Source: Escherichia coli (GTDB lineage: Bacteria; Pseudomonadota; Gammaproteobacteria; Enterobacterales; Enterobacteriaceae). Taken from it: a stretch of 64,000 bases of DNA. Below the pieces are notes generated by a model, which had not been told where the DNA came from, searched no databases, and worked only from the letters and a program-made list of their open reading frames with translations. How positions within the stretch are numbered: the first letter of the stretch is position 1; each line of letters begins with the position of its first letter. This document shows, piece by piece, positions 53,728-64,000 of this stretch. The position numbers and the translations under genes are program-made. The stretch is from NCBI RefSeq assembly GCF_044647545.1, contig NZ_CP172818.1. One strand, given 5' to 3'.

Positions 53728-55830
53728 TTGTTTCCCCCGATGTGGCGCAGACTGATTTATCACCCCGATATTAACTATGCACTGCGACAAACGCTGGTGC
53801 TATGTTTGCCCGTGGCCGTTGGGTTAATGCTTGGCGAATTACGATTCGGTCTGCTCTTCTCCCTCGTTCCTGCCTGTTGCAATATTGCGGGCCTTGATAC
53901 GCCTCATAAACGTTTTTTCAAACGCTTAATCATTGGTGCGTCGCTGTTTGCCACCTGTAGCTTGCTGACACAGCTACTACTGGCAAGAGATGTTCCTCTG
54001 CCCTTTTTGCTGACCGGATTAACGCTGGTACTTGGCGTCACTGCTGAGCTGGGGCCATTGCACGCAAAATTGCTTCCCGCATCGCTGCTCGCCGCCATTT
54101 TTACCCTCAGTCTGGCGGGATACATGCCGGTCTGGGAACCGTTGCTCATCTATGCGCTGGGCACTTTGTGGTACGGATTGTTTAACTGGTTTTGGTTCTG
54201 GATCTGGCGCGAACAACCGCTACGCGAGTCACTAAGTCTGCTGTACCGTGAACTGGCAGATTACTGTGAAGCCAAATACAGCCTGCTTACCCAGCACACC
54301 GACCCTGAAAAAGCGCTGCCACCGCTGCTGGTGCGCCAGCAAAAAGCGGTCGATTTAATTACTCAGTGCTATCAGCAAATGCATATGCTTTCCGCGCAAA
54401 ATAATACCGATTACAAGCGGATGCTGCGTATTTTCCAGGAGGCGCTGGATTTGCAGGAACATATTTCGGTCAGTTTGCATCAGCCGGAAGAGGTGCAAAA
54501 GCTGGTCGAGCGTAGCCATGCGGAAGAAGTTATCCGCTGGAATGCGCAAACCGTCGCCGCTCGCCTGCGCGTGCTGGCTGATGACATTCTTTACCATCGC
54601 CTGCCAACGCGTTTTACGATGGAAAAGCAAATTGGCGCACTGGAAAAAATCGCCCGCCAACACCCGGATAATCCGGTTGGGCAATTCTGCTACTGGCATT
54701 TCAGCCGCATTGCCCGCGTGCTGCGCACCCAAAAACCGCTCTATGCCCGTGACTTACTGGCCGATAAACAGCGGCGAATGCCGTTACTTCCGGCGCTGAA
54801 AAGTTATCTGTCACTAAAGTCTCCGGCGCTACGCAATGCCGGACGACTCAGTGTGATGTTAAGCGTTGCCAGCCTGATGGGCACCGCACTGCATCTGCCG
54901 AAGTCGTACTGGATCCTGATGACGGTATTGCTGGTGACGCAAAATGGCTATGGCGCAACCCGTCTGAGGATTGTGAATCGCTCCGTGGGAACCGTGGTCG
55001 GGTTAATCATTGCGGGCGTGGCGCTGCACTTTAAAATTCCCGAAGGTTACACCCTGACCTTGATGCTGATTACCACCCTCGCCAGCTACCTGATATTGCG
55101 CAAAAACTACGGCTGGGCGACGGTCGGTTTTACCATTACCGCAGTGTATACCCTGCAACTGTTGTGGCTGAACGGTGAGCAGTACATCCTTCCGCGTCTT
55201 ATCGATACCATTATTGGTTGTTTAATTGCTTTCGGTGGTACTGTCTGGCTGTGGCCGCAGTGGCAGAGCGGGTTATTGCGTAAGAACGCCCATGACGCTT
55301 TAGAAGCCTATCAGGACGCGATTCGCTTGATTCTGAGCGAGGACCCGCAACCTACGCCACTGGCCTGGCAGCGAATGCGGGTAAATCAGGCGCATAATAC
55401 TCTGTATAACTCATTGAATCAGGCGATGCAGGAACCGGCGTTTAACAGCCATTATCTGGCAGATATGAAACTGTGGGTAACGCACAGCCAGTTTATTGTT
55501 GAGCATATTAATGCCATGACCACGCTGGCGCGGGAACACCGGGCATTGCCACCGGAACTGGCACAAGAGTATTTACAGTCTTGTGAAATCGCCATTCAGC
55601 GTTGTCAGCAGCGACTGGAGTATGATGAACCGGGTAGTTCTGGCGATGCCAATATCATGGATGCGCCGGAGATGCAGCCGCACGAAGGCGCGGCAGGTAC
55701 GCTGGAGCAGCATTTACAGCGGGTTATTGGTCATCTGAACACCATGCACACCATTTCGTCGATGGCATGGCGTCAGCGACCGCATCACGGGATTTGGCTG
55801 AGTCGCAAGTTGCGGGATTCGAAGGCGTAA
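53728..55830 (+). CDS. yhfK: inner membrane protein YhfK (FUSC/aromatic acid exporter-like)
   Basis: 700 aa polytopic membrane protein downstream of crp. Confidence 0.85.
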   Translation: MFPPMWRRLIYHPDINYALRQTLVLCLPVAVGLMLGELRFGLLFSLVPACCNIAGLDTPHKRFFKRLIIGASLFATCSLLTQLLLARDVPLPFLLTGLTLVLGVTAELGPLHAKLLPASLLAAIFTLSLAGYMPVWEPLLIYALGTLWYGLFNWFWFWIWREQPLRESLSLLYRELADYCEAKYSLLTQHTDPEKALPPLLVRQQKAVDLITQCYQQMHMLSAQNNTDYKRMLRIFQEALDLQEHISVSLHQPEEVQKLVERSHAEEVIRWNAQTVAARLRVLADDILYHRLPTRFTMEKQIGALEKIARQHPDNPVGQFCYWHFSRIARVLRTQKPLYARDLLADKQRRMPLLPALKSYLSLKSPALRNAGRLSVMLSVASLMGTALHLPKSYWILMTVLLVTQNGYGATRLRIVNRSVGTVVGLIIAGVALHFKIPEGYTLTLMLITTLASYLILRKNYGWATVGFTITAVYTLQLLWLNGEQYILPRLIDTIIGCLIAFGGTVWLWPQWQSGLLRKNAHDALEAYQDAIRLILSEDPQPTPLAWQRMRVNQAHNTLYNSLNQAMQEPAFNSHYLADMKLWVTHSQFIVEHINAMTTLAREHRALPPELAQEYLQSCEIAIQRCQQRLEYDEPGSSGDANIMDAPEMQPHEGAAGTLEQHLQRVIGHLNTMHTISSMAWRQRPHHGIWLSRKLRDSKA

Positions 55831-55892
55831 TGCAGGCTAAACCATCGGATACAGCGTTCACGCCGCATCCGACATCTTTTGCCTGATGCGTC

Positions 55893-57131
<1,239 letters not shown>

Positions 57132-57201
57132 TTACGCATAAACCAATGTGAAATTATAATCACAAAATATGCATAAAAAATCACTTAATAGCAATCAGAA
57201 A

Positions 57202-57765
57202 TCAGCGATGCAGGAAATTAGCCAGCAGTTGATGTCCTTGTTCGCTGAGAATACTTTCTGGATGGAACTGCACACCTTCCAGATCCCACTGGCGATGGCG
57301 AATCCCCATAATCTCGCGGGTTTCGCTCCAGGCCGTCACTTCAAAGCACGCTGGTAATGAGTTAGGTTCCACCACCAGCGAATGGTAGCGTGTCACGGTA
57401 AGTGGATTTGCCAGCCCCCGAAATACGCCCTCACCGCTATGTGTAATCGGCGAGGTTTTGCCGTGCATGACCTTTGCGGCGCGCACAACTTTGCCACCAA
57501 ATGCCTGCGCCATTGCCTGATGACCGAGGCAAACGCCAAGAATCGGCAAGCACCCGACATAGTGGCGAATAACGTCAAGGGAGATCCCGGCTTCATCTGG
57601 CGTACAGGGGCCGGGTGAGATGACAATTTTTTGTGGTTTAAGGGCGTCGATATCCGCCAGCGTCAACGCATCGTTGCGCTTAACCAGCACATCCGCCCCC
57701 AGTTCACAAAAGTACTGGTAGAGGTTCCAGGTAAAAGAATCGTAGTTATCAATAAGCAGGATCAT
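57202..57765 (-). CDS. pabA: aminodeoxychorismate synthase component II (glutamine amidotransferase)
   Basis: 187 aa, [19 protein letters not shown], catalytic GVCLGHQ. Confidence 0.9.
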   Translation of the reverse strand: MILLIDNYDSFTWNLYQYFCELGADVLVKRNDALTLADIDALKPQKIVISPGPCTPDEAGISLDVIRHYVGCLPILGVCLGHQAMAQAFGGKVVRAAKVMHGKTSPITHSGEGVFRGLANPLTVTRYHSLVVEPNSLPACFEVTAWSETREIMGIRHRQWDLEGVQFHPESILSEQGHQLLANFLHR

Positions 57766-57796
57766 GGCGGCTCCGGTACGAAAGAACCGCGCTATT

Positions 57797-58399
57797 TTAC
57801 TCAGATTCCCCGGCTTCGCTTACCACTTTGCTAAATATCATCTGCAGTGCGGTGAGATCCCCCATTGCCCCACTCTGATTTGCCTGATTCCAGGCCTCTT
57901 TTTCGATACCCTGCCAGCTCAGTTGGTAGCCCGCATGAATCGCTAGTTGCTCGAAGAAGATCCGCTGTGCCAGACCACTTCCCACCCGGAAGGGATGCAG
58001 CACGTTGATTTCACAATAGTAATGCGCCAGCCGCTCGACGAACTTCGCTTTCTTCAGGCCAACCAGATAACCTTCTTCCTCCAGATCCTGCATCAGGGCA
58101 TTGCCCTCTTTTTCGATATAAGCAAAGTGGCAGAACGGCGTATCTCCCTGATAAATATCGACTTCGCGCAGTTGCCCCGCCCAGTCGAAAATATCCTGAT
58201 ACAGCTGGCGATGGATAGTGCGCAAATGCGGTAAACCGCGCACCAGCGGACCAAGCTCAATGGTCGCAGCACGTAGCGCCGTCATTTCGTAAGCGGCCTG
58301 TTCCAGCCGCTGCTGCTGGCGGATGTTCAGCCGGTTACGCATGATATCAAGGCCTGGATAAAGATACGGATCGCGCCCTTCGCCGAATTTATCGCTCAT
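57797..58399 (-). CDS. fic: Fic-family protein (putative adenylyltransferase / FicT toxin)
   Basis: 200 aa Fic fold; active-site motif reads [12 protein letters not shown]. Confidence 0.85.
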   Translation of the reverse strand: MSDKFGEGRDPYLYPGLDIMRNRLNIRQQQRLEQAAYEMTALRAATIELGPLVRGLPHLRTIHRQLYQDIFDWAGQLREVDIYQGDTPFCHFAYIEKEGNALMQDLEEEGYLVGLKKAKFVERLAHYYCEINVLHPFRVGSGLAQRIFFEQLAIHAGYQLSWQGIEKEAWNQANQSGAMGDLTALQMIFSKVVSEAGESE

Positions 58400-58556
58400 A
58401 GTGCCCCCTCAGCGCTTCAAGACGCGCTAAAGCCTCTGCGGCAGTAAGAGTGACTAAAGGCATCTCGACGCCTTCAAGACGGCGACTGGCCTGGAAATTA
58501 CGATTACGCTGAAGCTCCCAGAGACGGGACTTTTGCTTATCGGTGAGTTTCTTCAC
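58389..58556 (-). CDS. yhfG: small protein YhfG (putative FicA antitoxin partner of Fic)
   Basis: 55-codon ORF from GTG ([35 protein letters not shown]...), stop overlaps fic start; hand-translated, below track cutoff. Confidence 0.65.
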   Translation of the reverse strand: MKKLTDKQKSRLWELQRNRNFQASRRLEGVEMPLVTLTAAEALARLEALRGHYER

Positions 58557-58660
58557 TTGATGCCTCCCTGAACGTGTCCATTTGCCACAAGTATAAGCGG
58601 CAAATCCGGGTTACGCCGGGAGAGCAGAAGCGCGGGCAAGATTGCCCGCGCGAGAAATCA

Positions 58661-59242
<582 letters not shown>

Positions 59243-59503
59243 TTAACAAACAGAGCAGAAAAAAAGCAAGTGAAGAGATTCTAAATAGCCTTCAAGAACA
59301 AGGCCATCCCTTTACCTAATTTTACGTATCTGAAATATATGTAACCTGACGGTCACTTTTTATTCCGTGATCAAAATCACCTCTTAAAATGCAATTTAGC
59401 AACCGATTGCAATAAAACATTTAATCAGATCACAAAATCGCCTAAAATCGCCCGCTCGCGGCATAGCCCGCTATGCCATTTTATTTTTGAACGCAGGCCA
59501 ATC

Positions 59504-60685
59504 ATGACTAACAGCAATCGCATCAAGCTCACATGGATTAGCTTTCTTTCCTACGCACTGACCGGTGCGTTGGTTATTGTCACCGGGATGGTGATGGGAA
59601 ATATCGCCGATTATTTCAATCTGCCTGTTTCCAGTATGAGTAATACCTTCACCTTCCTCAACGCCGGCATTTTAATCTCTATCTTCCTCAACGCCTGGCT
59701 GATGGAAATCGTCCCGTTGAAAACGCAGTTACGTTTTGGCTTTCTCCTGATGGTGCTGGCGGTTGCCGGTTTGATGTTCAGCCACAGCCTGGCACTGTTC
59801 TCGGCGGCGATGTTCATTCTCGGGGTGGTCAGCGGCATCACCATGTCGATTGGTACATTCCTGGTAACACAAATGTATGAAGGACGTCAGCGCGGTTCAC
59901 GCCTGTTATTTACCGACTCCTTCTTCAGTATGGCCGGGATGATTTTCCCAATGATCGCCGCGTTTCTGCTGGCGCGCAGCATTGAGTGGTACTGGGTTTA
60001 TGCCTGCATCGGGCTGGTGTACGTCGCTATCTTTATTCTGACCTTCGGCTGTGAGTTCCCGGCGCTGGGTAAACATGCGCCAAAAACGGACGCTCCGGTA
60101 GCGAAAGAAAAATGGGGGATCGGCGTGCTGTTTCTCTCCATTGCGGCACTGTGCTACATCCTCGGTCAGTTAGGTTTTATCTCCTGGGTGCCTGAGTATG
60201 CCAAAGGCCTGGGCATGAGCCTGAACGACGCGGGCACGCTGGTGAGTAACTTCTGGATGTCATACATGGTCGGCATGTGGGCGTTCAGCTTTATTCTTCG
60301 CTTCTTTGATTTGCAACGCATTCTGACCGTACTGGCTGGTCTGGCTGCGATTCTGATGTACGTCTTTAACACCGGAACACCGGCACATATGGCGTGGTCA
60401 ATTCTCGCCCTGGGCTTCTTCTCCAGCGCGATCTATACCACCATCATCACTTTGGGTTCACAGCAGACAAAAGTACCGTCGCCAAAACTGGTTAACTTTG
60501 TCCTGACCTGCGGGACCATCGGTACTATGTTGACCTTTGTGGTTACCGGCCCGATTGTTGAACATAGCGGTCCGCAGGCGGCGCTGCTGACGGCAAACGG
60601 TCTGTACGCTGTCGTCTTTGTGATGTGCTTCCTGTTAGGTTTCGTCAGCCGTCACCGTCAGCATAACACCCTGACCTCTCATTAA
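59504..60685 (+). CDS. tsgA: MFS-family transporter TsgA
   Basis: 393 aa, 12-TM major facilitator pattern. Confidence 0.85.
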
Positions 60686-60874
60686 TTGCTCATGCCGGGC
60701 GGCACTATCGTCGTCCGGCCTTTTCCTCTCTTACCGCGCTACGTACATCTATTTCTATAAACCCGCTCAATTTGTCTGTTTTTTGTACAAACATGAAATG
60801 TCAGACAATTCCGTGACTTAAGAAAATTTATACAAATCAGCAACATACCTCTTAAGGAGTATATAAAGGTGAAT

Positions 60875-60888
60875 TTGATTTACATCAA
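60875..60888 (+). promoter_or_regulatory. FNR binding site of the nirB promoter
   Basis: TTGATTTACATCAA matches the FNR consensus TTGAT-N4-ATCAA, about 70 bp upstream of nirB. Confidence 0.75.
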
Positions 60889-60946
60889 TAAGCGGGGTTG
60901 CTGAATCGTTAAGGTAGGCGGTAATAGAAAAGAAATCGAGGCAAAA

Positions 60947-63490
60947 ATGAGCAAAGTCAGACTCGCAATTATCGGTAACGGTATGGTCGGCCATCGCTTT
61001 ATCGAAGATCTTCTTGATAAATCTGATGCGGCCAACTTTGATATTACCGTTTTCTGTGAAGAACCGCGCATCGCTTATGACCGCGTACACCTCTCGTCTT
61101 ACTTCTCTCACCACACCGCCGAAGAGCTGTCGCTGGTGCGCGAAGGCTTCTACGAGAAACACGGCATCAAAGTTCTGGTCGGCGAACGCGCTATCACCAT
61201 CAACCGTCAGGAGAAGGTGATTCACTCCAGCGCCGGGCGCACCGTTTTTTATGACAAGCTGATCATGGCGACCGGTTCCTACCCGTGGATCCCGCCAATC
61301 AAAGGTTCTGATACTCAGGACTGCTTTGTCTATCGCACTATTGAAGACCTCAACGCCATTGAATCCTGCGCCCGTCGCAGCAAACGCGGTGCCGTTGTTG
61401 GTGGCGGCCTGTTAGGTCTGGAAGCCGCTGGCGCGCTGAAAAACTTAGGTATTGAAACCCACGTTATCGAATTTGCCCCTATGCTGATGGCGGAACAGCT
61501 TGATCAGATGGGTGGCGAGCAGCTGCGTCGCAAAATCGAAAGTATGGGCGTGCGCGTTCACACCAGCAAAAACACCCTTGAGATTGTGCAGGAAGGTGTC
61601 GAAGCGCGTAAAACCATGCGTTTTGCCGACGGCAGCGAGCTGGAAGTCGACTTTATCGTCTTCTCAACCGGTATCCGTCCGCGCGATAAGCTGGCAACCC
61701 AGTGTGGTCTGGACGTTGCTCCGCGTGGGGGTATTGTCATCAATGATTCCTGCCAGACTTCCGATCCGGATATCTACGCCATCGGTGAATGCGCAAGCTG
61801 GAACAACCGTGTATTTGGTCTGGTAGCACCTGGCTACAAAATGGCGCAGGTCGCCGTTGACCATATTCTTGGTAGCGAAAACGCCTTTGAAGGTGCTGAC
61901 CTTAGCGCCAAGTTGAAACTGCTGGGCGTAGACGTAGGTGGTATTGGTGATGCGCACGGTCGCACGCCTGGCGCACGTAGCTACGTTTACCTCGACGAAA
62001 GCAAAGAGATCTACAAACGCCTTATTGTCAGCGAAGACAACAAAACCCTGCTCGGTGCGGTACTGGTGGGCGATACCAGCGACTACGGCAACCTGCTGCA
62101 ACTGGTGCTGAACGCTATCGAGCTGCCGGAAAACCCGGATTCTCTGATTCTGCCGGCGCACTCTGGTAGCGGTAAGCCGTCTATCGGTGTTGATAAACTG
62201 CCGGACAGCGCGCAAATCTGCTCCTGCTTCGACGTCACCAAAGGCGACCTGATTGCTGCTATCAACAAAGGCTGCCACACCGTTGCGGCGCTGAAAGCTG
62301 AAACCAAAGCGGGTACTGGCTGCGGTGGCTGTATCCCGCTGGTCACTCAGGTACTGAACGCGGAACTGGCGAAGCAGGGCATCGAAGTTAACAACAACCT
62401 GTGCGAACACTTTGCTTATTCGCGTCAGGAACTGTTCCATTTAATCCGCGTTGAAGGCATTAAAACCTTCGAAGAACTGCTGGCGAAACACGGCAAAGGC
62501 TACGGTTGTGAAGTTTGTAAACCGACCGTCGGTTCGCTGCTGGCCTCCTGCTGGAACGAATACATTCTGAAGCCGGAACATACTCCGCTGCAGGATTCAA
62601 ACGACAACTTCCTCGCTAACATCCAGAAAGACGGCACCTACTCGGTGATCCCGCGTTCTCCGGGCGGTGAAATCACCCCGGAAGGGCTGATGGCAGTAGG
62701 TCGTATCGCGCGTGAATTTAATCTCTACACCAAAATCACCGGCTCCCAGCGCCTGGCGATGTTTGGCGCACAGAAAGACGATCTGCCGGAGATCTGGCGT
62801 CAGCTGATTGAAGCCGGCTTCGAAACCGGTCATGCCTATGCGAAAGCACTGCGTATGGCGAAAACCTGCGTGGGTAGCACCTGGTGCCGCTACGGCGTTG
62901 GCGATAGCGTCGGCCTCGGCGTGGAACTGGAAAACCGCTACAAAGGCATCCGTACTCCGCACAAAATGAAGTTTGGTGTCTCCGGCTGTACCCGTGAATG
63001 TTCAGAAGCTCAGGGTAAGGACGTGGGTATCATCGCCACCGAAAAAGGCTGGAACCTCTACGTTTGTGGTAACGGCGGCATGAAACCGCGTCATGCGGAT
63101 CTGCTGGCGGCGGATATCGATCGCGAAACGCTGATCAAATATCTCGACCGCTTCATGATGTTCTACATCCGTACTGCCGACAAACTGACGCGTACCGCGC
63201 CGTGGTTAGAAAACCTTGAAGGCGGCATCGATTACCTGAAAGCGGTGATCATTGACGACAAACTGGGGCTGAACGCACATCTGGAAGAAGAGATGGCGCG
63301 CCTGCGTGAAGCGGTAGTATGTGAGTGGACTGAGACGGTCAATACACCGTCCGCGCAGACTCGCTTCAAACACTTCATCAACAGCGACAAGCGTGACCCG
63401 AACGTGCAGATGGTGCCAGAGCGCGAACAGCACCGTCCGGCAACGCCGTATGAACGTATCCCGGTAACTCTGGTGGAGGACAACGCATGA
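60947..63490 (+). CDS. nirB: NADH-dependent nitrite reductase large subunit
   Basis: 847 aa, FAD/NAD-binding domains, siroheme/4Fe-4S Cys cluster motifs. Confidence 0.95.
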   Translation: MSKVRLAIIGNGMVGHRFIEDLLDKSDAANFDITVFCEEPRIAYDRVHLSSYFSHHTAEELSLVREGFYEKHGIKVLVGERAITINRQEKVIHSSAGRTVFYDKLIMATGSYPWIPPIKGSDTQDCFVYRTIEDLNAIESCARRSKRGAVVGGGLLGLEAAGALKNLGIETHVIEFAPMLMAEQLDQMGGEQLRRKIESMGVRVHTSKNTLEIVQEGVEARKTMRFADGSELEVDFIVFSTGIRPRDKLATQCGLDVAPRGGIVINDSCQTSDPDIYAIGECASWNNRVFGLVAPGYKMAQVAVDHILGSENAFEGADLSAKLKLLGVDVGGIGDAHGRTPGARSYVYLDESKEIYKRLIVSEDNKTLLGAVLVGDTSDYGNLLQLVLNAIELPENPDSLILPAHSGSGKPSIGVDKLPDSAQICSCFDVTKGDLIAAINKGCHTVAALKAETKAGTGCGGCIPLVTQVLNAELAKQGIEVNNNLCEHFAYSRQELFHLIRVEGIKTFEELLAKHGKGYGCEVCKPTVGSLLASCWNEYILKPEHTPLQDSNDNFLANIQKDGTYSVIPRSPGGEITPEGLMAVGRIAREFNLYTKITGSQRLAMFGAQKDDLPEIWRQLIEAGFETGHAYAKALRMAKTCVGSTWCRYGVGDSVGLGVELENRYKGIRTPHKMKFGVSGCTRECSEAQGKDVGIIATEKGWNLYVCGNGGMKPRHADLLAADIDRETLIKYLDRFMMFYIRTADKLTRTAPWLENLEGGIDYLKAVIIDDKLGLNAHLEEEMARLREAVVCEWTETVNTPSAQTRFKHFINSDKRDPNVQMVPEREQHRPATPYERIPVTLVEDNA

Positions 63491-63813
63491 GCCAGTGGAA
63501 AGACATCTGCAAAATCGATGACATCCTGCCTGAAACCGGCGTCTGCGCGCTGTTAGGTGACGAGCAGGTAGCAATTTTCCGCCCGTATCACAGCGACCAG
63601 GTGTTTGCGATCAGCAACATCGACCCGTTCTTCGAGTCCAGCGTGCTGTCACGCGGGCTGATTGCGGAACACCAGGGCGAGCTGTGGGTCGCCAGCCCGC
63701 TGAAAAAACAGCGTTTTCGCTTAAGCGACGGCTTGTGCATGGAAGACGAACAGTTTTCCGTCAAGCATTACGACGCGCGAGTGAAAGACGGCGTGGTGCA
63801 GCTACGCGGTTAA
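63487..63813 (+). CDS. nirD: nitrite reductase small subunit
   Basis: 108 aa Rieske-like fold, start overlaps nirB stop. Confidence 0.9.
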   Translation: MSQWKDICKIDDILPETGVCALLGDEQVAIFRPYHSDQVFAISNIDPFFESSVLSRGLIAEHQGELWVASPLKKQRFRLSDGLCMEDEQFSVKHYDARVKDGVVQLRG

Positions 63814-63937
63814 TGTTTTAACGGGAGGCACAATGCCTCCCCTTTTTGCATGGTCCTGTAATAACCTTGGTATATTGCAGGACATTTTTTAAACTTTTTG
63901 TTTTATTTTTTGTTTTTATTTTTTAAAGGATAATCAA

Positions 63938-64000
63938 ATGTTTACAGACACTATTAATAAGTGTGCGGCTAACGCTGCGCGCATTGCACGCCTGTCGGCA
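63938..64000 (+). CDS. nirC: nitrite transporter NirC, N-terminal 21 codons (truncated by window end)
   Basis: ATG at 63938 with MFTDTINKCAANAARIARLSA, expected third gene of the nir operon. Confidence 0.6.
   Translation, partial: MFTDTINKCAANAARIARLSA

Overview
The window reads as a contiguous Escherichia coli / Shigella-type core chromosome segment (16S and 23S signatures are E. coli-like; gene order matches the rrnD to nirB region). It is almost entirely conserved housekeeping sequence, and I do not see a convincing novel multi-gene system. Content in order: 3' end of acrF, yhdV, the yhdWXYZ amino-acid ABC transporter, the complete rrnD operon on the minus strand (rrsD-ileU-alaU-rrlD-rrfD-thrV-rrfF) with its P1/P2 promoters and boxA, yrdA, yrdB-aroE-tsaC-yrdD-smg-dprA, def-fmt-rsmB-trkA, mscL, arfA, zntR, yhdN, the alpha, spc and S10 ribosomal protein operons (rplQ through rpsJ, including secY, rpmJ, rpmD), bfr-bfd, the str operon (tufA-fusA-rpsG-rpsL), tusBCD, yheO, fkpA, slyX, slyD, yheV, kefGB, yheSTU, prkB, yhfA, crp, yhfK, argD, pabA, fic-yhfG, ppiA, tsgA, nirB, nirD and the start of nirC. 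No CRISPR array, IS element, integrase or prophage gene was found. The most unusual locus is the rpsJ-bfr interval: from memory of the K-12 map the gsp type II secretion cluster and chiA should sit here, but only a frameshifted 3' fragment of a prepilin peptidase gene (gspO-like) remains, next to a roughly 150 bp GC-rich island with G7 and C11 homopolymer tracts. Other points worth a look are a degenerate FIC motif in fic, the arfA hairpin, compensatory differences between the two 5S copies, and several non-K-12 alleles (156-aa rpsG, intact yhdW). CDS coordinates follow the supplied ORF track, with starts trimmed where the known N-terminus is internal; RNA gene and site coordinates were counted by hand and may be off by 1-2 nt. 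All comparisons to K-12 are from memory, not from a search.
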